Program-made: the position numbers and the translations under genes
Shown here: piece after piece, positions 18,678 to 30,550 of the stretch
Layout: every line of letters starts with the position of its first letter
How positions within the stretch are numbered: position 1 is the stretch's first letter
NCBI GenBank assembly: GCA_029259185.1
Contig: JAPDJF010000037.1
Coordinates: forward strand, 1-51,903
Source of the DNA: Hadesarchaea archaeon
GTDB lineage: Archaea; Hadarchaeota; Hadarchaeia; Hadarchaeales; WYZ-LMO6
Reading direction: 5' to 3'
Length of the DNA: 51,903 bases
The notes under the pieces: generated by a model
What the model was told of the DNA's origin: nothing
What the model saw: the letters and a program-made list of their open reading frames with translations, nothing else
Databases searched by the model: none

Positions 18678-19925
18678 ATGGGGATGACGCTGGTCCAGAA
18701 GATCTTGGCCAGGAAAGCTGGTAGGAGAAGAGTCGAGGCTGGGGAAATCGTGGAGGCGAAAGTAGATGTGGTGATGATGCATGACCTCACGGCCCCCATG
18801 GCTATCGAGAGTTTCAAACACATCTCCGATAGGGTGTGGGATCCCAAGCGGATCGTGATGATCCTCGACCACCAGATGCCGGCGGACTCGATAGACATCG
18901 CAAAAGATCACGCGATGATGCGCGAGTTCGCGACCGAGCAAGGGATAGAGAATTTTTTTTCAGAAGGGGTCTGCCACCAAGTGTTACCTGAAAAAGGATT
19001 CGCACTACCGGGATTCCTCATCGCCGGCGCGGATTCCCACACGTGCACCTACGGGGCCCTGGGGTGTTTTGCCACAGGGGTTGGCTCCACCGACATGGCA
19101 GCAGTTCTGGCATCGGGGAAACTGTGGTTCAGGGTACCCGAGACGATCAAAGTCGAACTGAGAGGAAAATTGAAACGGAGGGTCACCCCCAAGGATGTGA
19201 TCCTCCACATCATCGGAGACATAGGTGTGGACGGAGCCACATACGATGCCGTGGAATTCGTCGGAAAAGGTGTTCGCGACATGAGTGTTGGGGGAAGGAT
19301 GACCATGTGCAACATGGGGGTCGAGATGGGGGCGAAGACCGCCGTGGTACCTCCCGATGTCAAAACCAGGAGATACTTGAGGGGGAGGGCGAGGATGCCA
19401 TTCGAGGAGGTTCGAAGCGACCCGGATGCAGAGTACAAGGAAGAAAGGGTTTACGACCTCTCAGGACTTGAGCCCCAAGTCGCTTGCCCTCATAGTGTGG
19501 GAAACGTGCGACCCGTCCGTGAAATCCAGAACGTGGAGATCGACCAAGCATTCCTGGGAAGTTGTACGAATGGCAGGGTGGAGGACCTCGCGGAAGCGGT
19601 GAGGATCTTGAAGGGAAAAAAAATTCATCCCGATGTCCGGATGATCGTTGTCCCAGCGTCCCGCGAGACCTACCTCCAAGCCCTCAAGCTGGGAATAATC
19701 GAGAGACTCGTCGATGCGGGAGCGATCGTAGGGGCACCGAACTGTGGGGCATGCATGGGGAGTTACATCGGAGTACTCGGTCCCGGGGAGGTATGCGTCT
19801 CGTCCTCTAATCGGAACTTCAAAGGTAGGATGGGGAGCCCGGAGGCCGAGATATACCTGGCCTCCCCCGCAACCGTGGCAGCATCGGCCCTGAGGGGGGA
19901 GTTGACCGACCCGAGGGATGTGTGA
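18678..19925 (+). CDS. leuC: 3-isopropylmalate dehydratase/homoaconitase large subunit
   Basis: GVCHQV, GADSHTCTYGALG, GSCTNGR, CGACMG, NRNF.GRMG. Confidence 0.9.
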   Translation: MGMTLVQKILARKAGRRRVEAGEIVEAKVDVVMMHDLTAPMAIESFKHISDRVWDPKRIVMILDHQMPADSIDIAKDHAMMREFATEQGIENFFSEGVCHQVLPEKGFALPGFLIAGADSHTCTYGALGCFATGVGSTDMAAVLASGKLWFRVPETIKVELRGKLKRRVTPKDVILHIIGDIGVDGATYDAVEFVGKGVRDMSVGGRMTMCNMGVEMGAKTAVVPPDVKTRRYLRGRARMPFEEVRSDPDAEYKEERVYDLSGLEPQVACPHSVGNVRPVREIQNVEIDQAFLGSCTNGRVEDLAEAVRILKGKKIHPDVRMIVVPASRETYLQALKLGIIERLVDAGAIVGAPNCGACMGSYIGVLGPGEVCVSSSNRNFKGRMGSPEAEIYLASPATVAASALRGELTDPRDV

Positions 19926-20416
19926 TGGCGAGGGTGTGGATCTTCGGAGACGATGTTTCCACGGACGACATCATAGCGGGAAGGTATTTGGTGAGTAGGA
20001 CCCCTGAGGAACTGGGAAAACACGTGATGGAGAACTTGGATCCAGAATTCGCCTCCAAGGTGGGGAAAGGAGATGTCATCGTGGCCGGGAAGAACTTCGG
20101 GTGCGGGTCGAGTCGGGAACAAGCACCGGTAGCGCTGAAGGGGGCTGGAATCGGTGCGATCATAGCCGAGTCATTCGCCAGGATATTTTACAGGAACTCC
20201 GTCAATCAAGGGCTACCCGTGTTGATCTGCAAGGGGGTGAGATCTAGATTCAGAGAAGGCGACGAGGTGGAGTACGACCTGGAGAGGGGGATCGTCAAGA
20301 ACCTCACGAGCGGGGAAGAAATTCAGGCCGAACCCCTTCCCGCTTTCATCATTTCCATCCTGCGGGCTGGAGGGCTCATCCCCTACTTGAAATCCAAGTC
20401 GGGTCAACGTCTTTAG
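19925..20416 (+). CDS. leuD: 3-isopropylmalate dehydratase small subunit
   Basis: [31 protein letters not shown]. Confidence 0.9.
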   Translation: MARVWIFGDDVSTDDIIAGRYLVSRTPEELGKHVMENLDPEFASKVGKGDVIVAGKNFGCGSSREQAPVALKGAGIGAIIAESFARIFYRNSVNQGLPVLICKGVRSRFREGDEVEYDLERGIVKNLTSGEEIQAEPLPAFIISILRAGGLIPYLKSKSGQRL

Positions 20417-20442
20417 CCTCCCCGCTGAATGATTTTGGGGAT

Positions 20443-21576
20443 GTGATGAGGCACAAAGTAGCGGTGATCCCGGGGGACGGAGTCGGTCCCGAGGTAGTGC
20501 GTGAGGGGATGAAAGTACTCAAGGCCACCATGGAGACCACTAATGGACTCGATCTCGTGTTCGAAGAGTTCCCATATGGGGGGGAGTACTACCTGAAAAC
20601 GGGTAGACTGATATCGGAAGACGAACTGGAGGAACTCTCGGAATTCGATGCGATATACTTGGGGGCGGTAGGGGACCCGAGGGTCCCACCCGGGATTTTG
20701 GAGAAAGGGGTCCTGCTGGCGATAAGATTTCACTTCGACCAATACGTGAACCTACGCCCAGTCAAGCTTTACCCGGGAGTTCCCTGCCCCCTCAAGGGGA
20801 AAAAACCCGAAGACATCGATTTCTACGTGGTGAGGGAGAACACGGAGGATTTCTATATAGATATGGGGGGAAGGGCTGGCAAACGTGTGGAGGCCGAGCA
20901 CCAGCTCAAGCGTGAGCTATATCGAACGAAGTTCGGTCTGGACATCGAGGTGAGTGGGGATGAGATAGCATACCAGATAGGAGTTATGAGCAGGAAGGGG
21001 GCAGAGCGCGTGATAAAATACGCCTTCGAACTCGCCCGTGCAGAAAATAGAAAGCGTGTAACGGCTGTGGACAAGGCGAACGTGTTGACCCACATCTACG
21101 GCCTTTGGCGTGAAGCCTTTGAGGAAGTGGCAAGAGGATACCCTGACATCGAAACCGAGTTCGCTTTCATCGACGCGATCACGATGTGGATCGTGAAGAA
21201 TCCGGAGTGGTATGAAGTCGTGGTCACCCCTAACATGTTCGGAGACATAATAACCGATTTGGGTGCAATGATCCAAGGCGGGATGGGCTTGGCCCCGGGA
21301 GGCAATATTAATCCCGGGGGAGTCAGTATGTTTGAGCCTATCCATGGCTCTGCTCCAAAACACGCGGGGAAAAACGTGGCGAACCCCATAGCGTCGATCT
21401 TGGCTGGGAAGATGATGCTCGAGGAACTCGGAGAGCGTGAAGCGGCGGCCAAGATCGAAAAAGCTGTGAAGGAGATCCTGAGAGAGGGGAAGTTGCGGAC
21501 CTACGACTTGGGGGGAAAATCGAAGACCTCCGAAGTAGGCGATGCCATAGCGAATAAGATAAGGAGGATGGAATGA
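20443..21576 (+). CDS. leuB: 3-isopropylmalate (isocitrate/isopropylmalate family) dehydrogenase
   Basis: [41 protein letters not shown]. Confidence 0.85.
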   Translation: MMRHKVAVIPGDGVGPEVVREGMKVLKATMETTNGLDLVFEEFPYGGEYYLKTGRLISEDELEELSEFDAIYLGAVGDPRVPPGILEKGVLLAIRFHFDQYVNLRPVKLYPGVPCPLKGKKPEDIDFYVVRENTEDFYIDMGGRAGKRVEAEHQLKRELYRTKFGLDIEVSGDEIAYQIGVMSRKGAERVIKYAFELARAENRKRVTAVDKANVLTHIYGLWREAFEEVARGYPDIETEFAFIDAITMWIVKNPEWYEVVVTPNMFGDIITDLGAMIQGGMGLAPGGNINPGGVSMFEPIHGSAPKHAGKNVANPIASILAGKMMLEELGEREAAAKIEKAVKEILREGKLRTYDLGGKSKTSEVGDAIANKIRRME

Positions 21577-23087
21577 CCGGAACCGCTGAAGGAATCTACA
21601 GGGGCAGGGTGTCGAAGGGGCTGAGCGAGAGGGCTAAGAAGTTCGTCTCTTCAATCAATGTGGATGGGGGGATCTTAGAAGATGACCTTGACGGGACGGA
21701 AGCTCACGAGTTGATGCTGTATGAGCAAGGCATTCTCTCGAGGGAGGAACTAAGCAAGATCCTCACAGCCCTGGAGAAAATCAGGGAGGAGCACAAGAAA
21801 GGGAAAATCAAGCTCGATCCCAAGTTCGAGGATGTGCACGAGTTCGTGGAGTCAAAAGTGATAAGCGAGGTGGGGGTGGAAATCGGTGGAAAGATCCACA
21901 CCGGAAGATCGAGAAACGATCAAGTCGCACTTGACATAAGGATGAGACTACGGAGGGAGTTGAACGAGCTGTCCTCTTCCCTCCTGAGACTGATCGAGAC
22001 CATCTTGAAACTAGCCGAGCGCAACATCGAAACTCCCATGCCGCTGTTCACCCACATCCAGCACGCCCAGATCGGAACTTTCGGGCACTACCTCCTCGCC
22101 CAAGTGGATATCCTGATGAGAGACTTCGATAGGTTAGATGAATGCTACTGCAGGGTAAACTTGAGCCCGCTTGGAGGATGTGCGATAGGCGGGTCGAGCT
22201 TCGAGCTCGACAGGAAGAGGACGGCTGATATCCTCGGGTTCGATGGTGTGGTCGAGAACTCACTCGACGCCGTGAGTTCCAGGGATGTGGTACTCGAAGC
22301 TGCCGCGATCATCAGCATCCTCATGGCGGATCTTAGCAGGATGGCAGAAGACCTTATCCTCTGGTCCACTCCGGAGTTCGGATACATCGAGCTCTCTGAC
22401 GAGTACTCCTCCACTTCCAGTGCCATGCCCCAGAAGAAAAACCCCTGTACCCTCGAGCTGATCAGGGGAAAGACGGGGGGGGTCTACGGGAGTTTGTTCT
22501 CCTTACTGACCACGATGAAAGGACTCGCAAGCGGGTACAACCGCGACTTACAAGAAACCAAACCCCCCATTTGGAGGTGTGTGGATGAAGCCAAGGGTTG
22601 TGTGGATGTCCTGGAGGGGGTAATAGGAACAATGCTGGTACGGCGTGAGAGAATGCTCGGCGTGTCCTCGGAGAGTTATGCCCTCGCATGGGATCTCGCC
22701 GAGGGTCTTGTGAAGGAAACGGGGCTCTCGTTCAGAGAATCCCACGCGGTTGTGGGGGAGGTCGTGAAGGACGCCCTGTCGTCCGGACTCACCGTGAGAG
22801 AGATCACGGGTGAACTCATCGAAGCGGCGGCGGAAAAGGTGTTGGGGAAGAAGATAAAAGTGGACCAGCGGGTGGTCAACACGTACCTAGATCCCATCTC
22901 ATCCCTCAAGCAGAGGAAAACCCTAGGTAGCCCCTCCCCCGAAGAAGTCTCAAGGATGCTCAAGCGGAGGAGAGGTGAGCTGAAAGAGCGTGAGGGGAAA
23001 CTCAACAAGCGGGTGAAGAAGGTGGAGAAAGCTAGGGGAGAACTTGAGAAGAAGGTAAAAGGTTATATATCGGGGCGGGGAAGGTGA
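21573..23087 (+). CDS. argH: argininosuccinate lyase
   Basis: [41 protein letters not shown]. Confidence 0.95.
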   Translation: MTGTAEGIYRGRVSKGLSERAKKFVSSINVDGGILEDDLDGTEAHELMLYEQGILSREELSKILTALEKIREEHKKGKIKLDPKFEDVHEFVESKVISEVGVEIGGKIHTGRSRNDQVALDIRMRLRRELNELSSSLLRLIETILKLAERNIETPMPLFTHIQHAQIGTFGHYLLAQVDILMRDFDRLDECYCRVNLSPLGGCAIGGSSFELDRKRTADILGFDGVVENSLDAVSSRDVVLEAAAIISILMADLSRMAEDLILWSTPEFGYIELSDEYSSTSSAMPQKKNPCTLELIRGKTGGVYGSLFSLLTTMKGLASGYNRDLQETKPPIWRCVDEAKGCVDVLEGVIGTMLVRRERMLGVSSESYALAWDLAEGLVKETGLSFRESHAVVGEVVKDALSSGLTVREITGELIEAAAEKVLGKKIKVDQRVVNTYLDPISSLKQRKTLGSPSPEEVSRMLKRRRGELKEREGKLNKRVKKVEKARGELEKKVKGYISGRGR

Positions 23088-23092
23088 GGAAA

Positions 23093-24274
23093 ATGGCTGG
23101 GAAAAAAGTGGCGTTGGCGTACTCAGGCGGTTTGGACTCAACCCTCATCATCGCCCTCCTCCGAGAGCGGTACGGGTATGATGAGGTTATCCCAGTCCTG
23201 GTCGATGTGGGACAAGGGGAGGAAGAAATAAGAATAGCCGAGGAGAGGGCCGCAAAACTCGGGGCAGACATTGAGTTCGTGGATGCGAAGCGGGAGTTCG
23301 TCACCGAATACATTCACCGATGTATAAAAGCCAACGGGAGCTACGAAGGATACCCGGTCGGGACTTCGATGTCGCGCGTGCTGGTAGCCACCAAAGTGGC
23401 AGAGGTGGCGAGCAGGGTGGGCGCCGAGGCTGTGGCTCACGGATGCACGGGTAAGGGTAACGACCAGTTCAGGGTGGAGTCCGTCTTCAGGTACTATCTG
23501 AGGGGAATACGGATAATCGCCCCAGTTAGGGAACTCAATCTCTCCCGTGCCGAGGAGGAAGAAATGCTGAAGAAGTACGGGATAGAGCCGAAGAGACCCA
23601 GAGGCAAGCTCGGGGGGGATGTAAACATGTGGTCCCATTCGATAGGGAGCGGACAGGTGGAGGATCTCGTCTCCCAATTTCCCGAAGATTATATCTGGGT
23701 CGTGCCCCCCGAGCGTGCTCCCGACAAACCCAAAGTCATTTCGATAACCTATGAAAGGGGTGTTCCGGTGGAGGTCGATGGGATCAAGGATCCTGTCGAG
23801 ATGATATTCTACCTGAACGAAATCGGAGGGGAGAACGGGGTGGGGATGATCGATATACTGGAAGACGGCATGCTCGGACTGAAGTCTAGAGAGCTATACG
23901 AGGCCCCGGCTGCGACCATCCTTTTAAATACCCACGCCGATTTGGAACACCTGACGCTGACCAAAGAGCAACTCCGCCTGAAGAGAGAGGTCGATAGATT
24001 ATGGGCTGACTTGGTGTACCACGCAAGCTGGCTCCATCCGCTCAGGAGAGATCTCGATGCGCTCATTGACTCCACCCAAATGGTGGTCAACGGGAGGGTG
24101 GAAGTGGAGCTGTACAAGGGAAACATTCGGATTCTCAAGAGGGAGTCTCCGAATTCACTCTTCCTCCCTGAACTCAGGTCCGTCAAGCAAAAAGGTTTGG
24201 ACCAGCGAGAGGCGGAGGGGATGGTCAAGATATTCTCGTTGCCGTTCCAGATATTCGGAGAGCGTAAGGTCTAA
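23093..24274 (+). CDS. argG: argininosuccinate synthase paralog (divergent substrate-binding motif)
   Basis: ALAYSGGLDS, HGCTGKGNDQFR, KSRELYEAP; the S.D.NLWGRS.E motif is replaced by GGDVNMWSHSIG. Confidence 0.8.
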   Translation: MAGKKVALAYSGGLDSTLIIALLRERYGYDEVIPVLVDVGQGEEEIRIAEERAAKLGADIEFVDAKREFVTEYIHRCIKANGSYEGYPVGTSMSRVLVATKVAEVASRVGAEAVAHGCTGKGNDQFRVESVFRYYLRGIRIIAPVRELNLSRAEEEEMLKKYGIEPKRPRGKLGGDVNMWSHSIGSGQVEDLVSQFPEDYIWVVPPERAPDKPKVISITYERGVPVEVDGIKDPVEMIFYLNEIGGENGVGMIDILEDGMLGLKSRELYEAPAATILLNTHADLEHLTLTKEQLRLKREVDRLWADLVYHASWLHPLRRDLDALIDSTQMVVNGRVEVELYKGNIRILKRESPNSLFLPELRSVKQKGLDQREAEGMVKIFSLPFQIFGERKV

Positions 24275-24304
24275 ATCTAACATGGTAGGAAAAAAGCTGT
24301 ATTC

Positions 24305-25213
24305 ATGATTAAAATACTGGTCACGGATCCGGTTTCAGATGAGTCCATTCAGATGCTGCAGGAGATAGGAGAAGTGGTGCTCAAACCCGGTCTCTCCGAA
24401 AAAGCACTTTGTGAAGAAATAAGGGATTGTGATGTATTGGTGGTCAGGAGCTCCACCAAGGTAACGAGGAACGTCATAAACTCCGGGAAAAAGCTGAAAC
24501 TCATAGCGAGAACCGGAGTTGGGCTGGACAACATCGACGTGAAGGCTGCAGAAGAGCGGGGAATAAAGGTGGTGAACTCTCCAGAGGCATCGAGTGCTTC
24601 GGTGGCCGAATTCGTTCTAGGTCTGATGCTCTGCTGGGTTAGACATATCCCAGAGGCTCACTTCAGCCTAAGGGAAGGGAGGTGGGAGAAGACGAAATTC
24701 ATGGGGAAAGAGTTGAAGGGAAAAACCCTAGGGATAATAGGGGTTGGGAGGATTGGAGGGGAAGTGGCCGTCAGGGGTATAGCGTTAGGCATGAGGGTGC
24801 TAGGCTACGACATCGTGGAAAGAAAAGAGATGGAAGAGAAGGGGGTGAGATACGTGGATTTTCCGACCCTCTTACGCGAGTCTGACTTCGTTACCCTCCA
24901 TGTCCCACTCACCCCCGAGACGAAGCACATGATAAGCAAGCGGGAGATAGAGATGATGAAACCCACCGCCGTGATAATAAACGCTTCAAGGGGAAAGGTG
25001 GTGGACGAACGAGCCTTGATCGATGCCCTCCAGCAGAAAAGGATAGCCGGAGCCTGTCTGGATGTCTTTGAGAGCGAACCCCCAAGGGAAAGTCCGCTAC
25101 TGAAGCTCGACAACGTGATCCTGACCCCCCACATCGGGGCATCCACCGTGGAGGCCCAGAGGAATGCCACAATTATAATAGTCCAGAAGATAAAGGAGAT
25201 GCTCCAACGATGA
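24305..25213 (+). CDS. serA: D-3-phosphoglycerate dehydrogenase-like D-2-hydroxyacid dehydrogenase (no ACT domain)
   Basis: [42 protein letters not shown]. Confidence 0.75.
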   Translation: MIKILVTDPVSDESIQMLQEIGEVVLKPGLSEKALCEEIRDCDVLVVRSSTKVTRNVINSGKKLKLIARTGVGLDNIDVKAAEERGIKVVNSPEASSASVAEFVLGLMLCWVRHIPEAHFSLREGRWEKTKFMGKELKGKTLGIIGVGRIGGEVAVRGIALGMRVLGYDIVERKEMEEKGVRYVDFPTLLRESDFVTLHVPLTPETKHMISKREIEMMKPTAVIINASRGKVVDERALIDALQQKRIAGACLDVFESEPPRESPLLKLDNVILTPHIGASTVEAQRNATIIIVQKIKEMLQR

Positions 25214-25731
25214 AGATGAAGGGGGCGAAAATGTTCCGATCTGAGGTCGCCAAGATCACGCGCTCTAGGATGAGGGGATGGGGGAGAGGACCGGCGATCG
25301 TTCGTGTCCCCAAGCCCACGAAACCGAGCAGAGCGAGGGCACTCGGGTACAAGGCTAAACAAGGAGTAGTCGTGGTCCGGGTCAGGGTGAGGAAGGGTGG
25401 ACGGAGGAAGCCACGTCCGGTGAGGGGCCGAAAACCCAAGCGAATGGGCGTCACCAAATTCACTCCGGCCAAGAGCCTCCAATGGATAGCCGAGGAGAGA
25501 GCAGCCAGAAAATATCCGAATCTGGAAGTGTTGAATTCCTACCGACTGGGATCCGATGGAAAGCATGAGTATTTTGAAGTCATAATGGTGGACCCCCACC
25601 ATCCGGTGGTGGGAAGTGACCCAGAGCTCTCAAGGATCGGGCTCTGTGGGAGGGGGAGGGTGTATCGGGGGCTCACGATGGCGGGAAAGAAATCTAGGGG
25701 ATTGCTCCGCAAGAGAAAAGGCCACCCCTGA
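25210..25731 (+). CDS. rpl15e: 50S ribosomal protein L15e
   Basis: [53 protein letters not shown]. Confidence 0.95.
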   Translation: MKMKGAKMFRSEVAKITRSRMRGWGRGPAIVRVPKPTKPSRARALGYKAKQGVVVVRVRVRKGGRRKPRPVRGRKPKRMGVTKFTPAKSLQWIAEERAARKYPNLEVLNSYRLGSDGKHEYFEVIMVDPHHPVVGSDPELSRIGLCGRGRVYRGLTMAGKKSRGLLRKRKGHP

Positions 25732-25850
25732 GCCCCTAAGGCTTCTCTCACCCACCGAGCGTGACCCCACCCGGCGGTAGAGTTAAACGCTCAGCATCCA
25801 TCGTTGGTGGGTCAGCCCCCCCAAAGGAAGGGGCTTGCATGGTGATCATC

Positions 25851-26315
25851 ATGTCCGAAGACGCTCAGACCCGCACGAAACTGCCTCTTAGGGAGATCGA
25901 GGTGAGAACGTTCATTCACGCCACTGAAGATGAAGGAAAAATAAGCAGAGCGTTGGAGCTGATCTTGCCGGCTGGAATCGGGGTACGGAGGATGAAGCTC
26001 CAGGGACACTATGGAAATCCAATAGTCCTCCTAGAGGCTAAAATCAGGCAAAAGAAGAAGGTTGAGGAAACCGTCTCAAAATTGCTTTCCAATCTAGAGG
26101 GGGGTGTGAACGCATTCCTCTCGGGGCTTCACCGTAGGATTGACGAGAGGGGCTGGGTATACCTCAGGCTCGACAAACAAGAAGCGTGCCGGGGGAGGCT
26201 CGTGCCTGGGGAGTGGGACGATGTGATCCACTTAAAATTTAGAACCAACGTGTTTCCTCCAGACCTCAAACTCATAACCGAGCGGATTGTAGAATCCCTT
26301 TCACGAGTCCGGTGA
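25851..26315 (+). CDS. exosome-superoperon RNA-binding protein (COG1325-like)
   Basis: F.HATEDE.K...AL, GHYGNPI, YLRLDKQ; canonical position after rpl15e. GGTGA RBS precedes ATG 25851. Confidence 0.8.
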   Translation: MSEDAQTRTKLPLREIEVRTFIHATEDEGKISRALELILPAGIGVRRMKLQGHYGNPIVLLEAKIRQKKKVEETVSKLLSNLEGGVNAFLSGLHRRIDERGWVYLRLDKQEACRGRLVPGEWDDVIHLKFRTNVFPPDLKLITERIVESLSRVR

Positions 26316-26319
26316 TACG

Positions 26320-26652
26320 ATGGTGCTGAAGCGGAAGTTCCGGAGAAGATACATAGCTTTTGAACTCAAGAGGAAAGTGGAGCGAAAACCCCTGCTGGAG
26401 GAGCTGAGGGGGTTTCTGGCCTCCACCCACCCGAACTTCGATCAGTCCACCCTCAAACTCATCCACGCTAGCGATGGATCGAACCGAGGGTTGATACGGT
26501 GTGGACATTTACAGGTTGGAGTGTTGAAAGACTCTCTCCAAAGAGCTTGGCGGAAGCATGGGGTGAAAATCCTAGGGGTCTCGGGAACTATAAAGAAGGC
26601 TAAGAAAAAGTTTTGCAGAACGTCTGAGGCTCGGACATCAGCGCAAAGTTAA
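26320..26652 (+). CDS. rnp2: RNase P protein Pop5/Rpp14
   Basis: RRRYIAF, G.IRC.H, LGVSGTIKKA; lies upstream of psmA. Confidence 0.85.
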   Translation: MVLKRKFRRRYIAFELKRKVERKPLLEELRGFLASTHPNFDQSTLKLIHASDGSNRGLIRCGHLQVGVLKDSLQRAWRKHGVKILGVSGTIKKAKKKFCRTSEARTSAQS

Positions 26653-26685
26653 ATATACGTAATCACCACGGTAGTTAGGACCGAC

Positions 26686-27438
26686 ATGGTTTTCGCACCA
26701 CCGGGAGCGGGATATGACAGGGCGATAACCGTCTTCAGTCCAGATGGGAAGCTATTCCAAGTTCAGTACGCACAGGAGGCCGTCAAGAAAGGACTGACCG
26801 CTCTCGGAATCAAAGCCAAAGACGGGATCGTTCTAGCCGCTGAAAAGAGATTGAAAAACAAGCTCGCCGAGGAGTATTCGATAGAGAAGATATTCCAAAT
26901 CGACGACCACATAGGGGCCGCCGCTTCTGGACTCATAGCTGATGCTCGCGTGCTGATCGATAATGCTAGGATCGAAGCACAAGTCAATCGATTGAGATAC
27001 GATGAACCTATAAGCGTCCGGTCGATCGCGAAACACATAGGAGATCTCAAGCAACTCTACACCCAGCATGGTGGCGTCAGACCATTCGGAGCTAGGCTTC
27101 TCATAGGGGGGGTCGACACTGACGGACCACATCTCTTTGAAACCGATCCGAGTGGAGTGGTAGCCGCATACAAAGCCCAAACCATAGGGGGAGGAGCTCC
27201 AACCGTAGCTGAGTTTTTGGAAAAGGAATACGACGAAAAAATAGACCTCGAGGAGGCGATCCTCCTCGCACTCAGGGCCGTAAACGTAGTTATGGAGGGA
27301 GAACTGGAGCCGGCAAGGCTGGAAATGGCGATCGTCCCCGTCAAGACCAAGAGGTTCGAAAAATTAGATCATGGGAGGATAGCGAGTTACATCGCCAAAC
27401 TGGGATCCGGCAAATCCTCGGCTAAATCCGAGGAGTGA
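26686..27438 (+). CDS. psmA: proteasome alpha subunit
   Basis: GYDRAITVFSPDG.LFQV.YA, TQHGGVRPFG, ETDPSG. Confidence 0.97.
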   Translation: MVFAPPGAGYDRAITVFSPDGKLFQVQYAQEAVKKGLTALGIKAKDGIVLAAEKRLKNKLAEEYSIEKIFQIDDHIGAAASGLIADARVLIDNARIEAQVNRLRYDEPISVRSIAKHIGDLKQLYTQHGGVRPFGARLLIGGVDTDGPHLFETDPSGVVAAYKAQTIGGGAPTVAEFLEKEYDEKIDLEEAILLALRAVNVVMEGELEPARLEMAIVPVKTKRFEKLDHGRIASYIAKLGSGKSSAKSEE

Positions 27439-27441
27439 GGT

Positions 27442-28134
27442 ATGGTAAAGCTCGAAGACGCCGTGATAGCGAGGTTCTCCAGCCAAGGGATGGACTTCGA
27501 GGTGCTAGTGGACCCAGAACTCGTGATGGCGCTAAAAGAAGGTCGTGAGGTGGATCTGAGGAGTCTCCTGGCGGTGGAGAAGATCTTCAAGGACGCCCGT
27601 AAAGGAGAAACGGCTTCCGGGGAATCTCTGCTCAAAGTCTTTGGAACCGAAGACACTCTGAAAATAGCCGAAACGATCGTGAAGAGGGGGAAAGTCCAGC
27701 TGACGATCGAGCAAAGGAGAAAGATGCGAGAGGAGCGACTGAAGCAAATCGTCGCGCTGATTTCGAGGAGGGCGATAAACCCCCAAACGGGCTTACCCCA
27801 TCCTCCCGCTCGGGTGGAAGAGGCCATCAAAAACGCGAAAGTTGGGATAGATGAGTTCAAAAAACCGGAGGAACAGCTTCCCACCGTAGTAAAAGCCATC
27901 CAGCCCATCCTTCCATTGAAGTTTGAAATGAGAAGGATAGCCATCAAGGTTCCCGCGGCGTACACGGGCAAAGTCTCACACGTGGTGAGAAACATGGCCG
28001 AGCTCAAAAAGGAGGAGTGGCTGGACGATGGTTCGTGGATAGCCCTAGTTGAGATTCCGGCCGGTTTTCAGCCGGAGTTCTTCGAAAAACTTAACGACTT
28101 GACCAAGGGAGAGGCCCAGACGAAGGTGCTCTAA
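27442..28134 (+). CDS. ribosome maturation protein SBDS/SDO1
   Basis: FEVLVDP, IFKDA.KGE, FGT.D, QLT.EQR, INPQT..PHPP.R. Confidence 0.95.
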   Translation: MVKLEDAVIARFSSQGMDFEVLVDPELVMALKEGREVDLRSLLAVEKIFKDARKGETASGESLLKVFGTEDTLKIAETIVKRGKVQLTIEQRRKMREERLKQIVALISRRAINPQTGLPHPPARVEEAIKNAKVGIDEFKKPEEQLPTVVKAIQPILPLKFEMRRIAIKVPAAYTGKVSHVVRNMAELKKEEWLDDGSWIALVEIPAGFQPEFFEKLNDLTKGEAQTKVL

Positions 28135-28814
28135 TGCTACACGTTAAAAACAGGGAGCTCGTGGTGCCCGGGAGATTGCTGGCAGAAGGGAAATATTTGC
28201 TCGGGGAGGGAACGTTTAGGGAAGGAAATGGGATCTTCTCCTCCGTAGTGGGGCTGGCCGAGGTGCGGGAGAAGAGAGTGAGCGTGATATCGTTACAAGG
28301 GAGATACATCCCCCGAGAAAAGGATTTCGTGATCGGAATAGTAACGGATACCCACCCTTTCGGATGGATAGTTGATTTGAATTCCCCCTACACCGGAAAC
28401 CTCATGGTATCCGATTTGGTCGGGAGAAAGATCGATGTGTTCAAAGAAGACATAAGCAAGTTTTTGAGGATAGGAGACGCGATCGCCGCTGAAGTGAAGA
28501 TGGTGGACGAAAGACACAGAGTCCAGCTGTTGGCACGCGGTCGGGGGCTGGGAAGGATCGAGAGAGGAAGACTGATAGAGATAAGCCCAGCGAAGGTGCC
28601 GAGGGTGATAGGCAAACGCGGATCCATGCTAAAGGTCCTCCAAGATTCGAGTGGATGCAGGTTGCAGGTTGGGCTGAACGGTAGGATAGTGATAAAGGGA
28701 GGGGATCCCAAGATGATAAACTCCGTGGTGGAGGCGATATTGTTAATAGAACGTGAAGCACATTTATCTGGACTCACGGACAGAATTAAAGCAAAACTCG
28801 AAGGTATGAGGTGA
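28134..28814 (+). CDS. rrp4: exosome RNA-binding subunit Rrp4
   Basis: VVPG..LA, Y.P...[30 protein letters not shown]. Confidence 0.92.
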   Translation: MLHVKNRELVVPGRLLAEGKYLLGEGTFREGNGIFSSVVGLAEVREKRVSVISLQGRYIPREKDFVIGIVTDTHPFGWIVDLNSPYTGNLMVSDLVGRKIDVFKEDISKFLRIGDAIAAEVKMVDERHRVQLLARGRGLGRIERGRLIEISPAKVPRVIGKRGSMLKVLQDSSGCRLQVGLNGRIVIKGGDPKMINSVVEAILLIEREAHLSGLTDRIKAKLEGMR

Positions 28815-28818
28815 CGAG

Positions 28819-29547
28819 ATGGAGAGACCCGAGAGGTTGATAGTAGACGGGAGAAGATTGGACGGGAGAAGGCCCGACGAGCTCAGACCCCTGCAGATAA
28901 AAGCGGGGGTACTGAAACGTGCTGACGGATCAGCCTACGTGGAACTCGGGAAGAACAAAGTTCTCGTCGCGGTTTATGGACCGAAGGAGATGCACCCCCG
29001 ACACCTCCAGCAGTCGGATGTGGCCGTCCTGCGGTGCAGGTACAACATGGCCCCCTTCTCCGTGGAAGAGCGAAAGAGACCCGGGCCCGACAGGAGATCG
29101 ATAGAGATATCAAAAGTCGTGAGAGAAGCCCTGGAGCCCGTGCTCTTCCTCCACCTGTACCCGAGAGCGGCGATAGACGTTTTCATAGAGATCCTCCAAG
29201 CCGACGCTGGAACTCGGACGACCGGAATAACGGCGGCGGCGGTAGCGTTGGCAGACGCAGGTATTCCCATGAGAGACCTCGTGGCCGGTATTTCGGTGGG
29301 GAAGGCCGACGGAACGGTGTTGCTCGATCTGATGAAGGAAGAAGATCAGTGGGGCGAAGCCGATATGCCGATCGCCGTGATGCCTAGACGGAAACTCGTC
29401 ACGCTTCTCCAAATGGATGGCAATTTCACCCCCGACGAATTCAGGCAGGCGTTGGATCTCGCTTTCAAGGGAATCGAACGAGTGTACGAGGCCCAGAAAC
29501 GTGCCCTGAGGGAGAAGTACGTTCCCGCTTCGGAGGAAGAGAGATGA
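28819..29547 (+). CDS. rrp41: exosome RNase PH subunit Rrp41
   Basis: [46 protein letters not shown]. Confidence 0.95.
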   Translation: MERPERLIVDGRRLDGRRPDELRPLQIKAGVLKRADGSAYVELGKNKVLVAVYGPKEMHPRHLQQSDVAVLRCRYNMAPFSVEERKRPGPDRRSIEISKVVREALEPVLFLHLYPRAAIDVFIEILQADAGTRTTGITAAAVALADAGIPMRDLVAGISVGKADGTVLLDLMKEEDQWGEADMPIAVMPRRKLVTLLQMDGNFTPDEFRQALDLAFKGIERVYEAQKRALREKYVPASEEER

Positions 29548-30305
29548 AAGAGATGGTCTCGAGTGTGAAAAGAGATTATATCGTGAACCTCGCGAGTCAG
29601 GGAAAGAGGTTGGACGGGAGGACTCTGGACCAGCTTAGAGAGATCGAGGTCCGAAGAGGGGTAATAGGAACCGCCCAGGGTTCTGCCCTCGTGAAGCTAG
29701 GAAACACCCAGGTTATGGTGGGGGTCAAAATCGAACATGGAGAACCTTTCCCCGATACGCCCACCTCCGGCATACTCGTGGTGAATGCTGAACTCCTCCC
29801 ATTGGCGTCACCCCTGTTCGAACCAGGACCTCCGAACGAAGATGCTATCGAACTCGCACGGGTGGTGGATCGGACCATAAGGGAATCCCAGGCCATAGAC
29901 CTTGAAAAGCTGTGTATCAAAGAGGGTGAGGATGTCTGGGCAGTTTTCATCGACATTTACGTGCTTGACCACGATGGAAACCTCATAGACTCCTCCGTGA
30001 TGGCTTCCGTAGCGGCTCTCCACGACATCAAGCCCCCCAAAGATCCGGAGTGGACGCTTCCCACGTTTCCGATAAGGAGGAAACCTGTAGCCGTGACCGT
30101 AGCCAAGGTGAACGGGGTATTGATGGTGGATGCTGGACTCGAAGAGGAGAATGTAATGGACGCTAGGCTGACCATCTCGACCCTGGAGGATGGGACGATA
30201 TGTGCCATGCAAAAGGGGGGGAGTGGATTCCTCGAACGCAGGGAGATAGAGGAGGCCTACGAGCTGGCGAGAAAATGCGGTGAAGAGATCAGGAAAAAAC
30301 TGTGA
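29544..30305 (+). CDS. rrp42: exosome RNase PH subunit Rrp42
   Basis: [43 protein letters not shown]. Confidence 0.95.
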   Translation: MKEMVSSVKRDYIVNLASQGKRLDGRTLDQLREIEVRRGVIGTAQGSALVKLGNTQVMVGVKIEHGEPFPDTPTSGILVVNAELLPLASPLFEPGPPNEDAIELARVVDRTIRESQAIDLEKLCIKEGEDVWAVFIDIYVLDHDGNLIDSSVMASVAALHDIKPPKDPEWTLPTFPIRRKPVAVTVAKVNGVLMVDAGLEEENVMDARLTISTLEDGTICAMQKGGSGFLERREIEEAYELARKCGEEIRKKL

Positions 30306-30311
30306 AGACCT

Positions 30312-30548
30312 ATGGGAAGAACTAAGAAAGTCGGGGCGGCTGGAAAGTACGGACCGCGGTACGGAACCAAGGATCGGAAGCTTGTCGCGAAGATAGAAGC
30401 CGAAAAGTCCGGGCGAAAACCTTGCCCGAGTTGCGGGGCGGAAAAACTTAAGCGGACGAGTACGGGAATATGGGAGTGCCGGAGGTGCGGAGCCAAATTC
30501 GCAGGACAGGCCTACTCCCCACCGTCCAAGGAGTACTCGGAGAGGTGA
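30312..30548 (+). CDS. rpl37ae: 50S ribosomal protein L37Ae
   Basis: TKKVG.AGKYGPRYG, CPSC, TGIWECRRC..KFAG.AY. Confidence 0.95.
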   Translation: MGRTKKVGAAGKYGPRYGTKDRKLVAKIEAEKSGRKPCPSCGAEKLKRTSTGIWECRRCGAKFAGQAYSPPSKEYSER

Positions 30549-30550
30549 AG

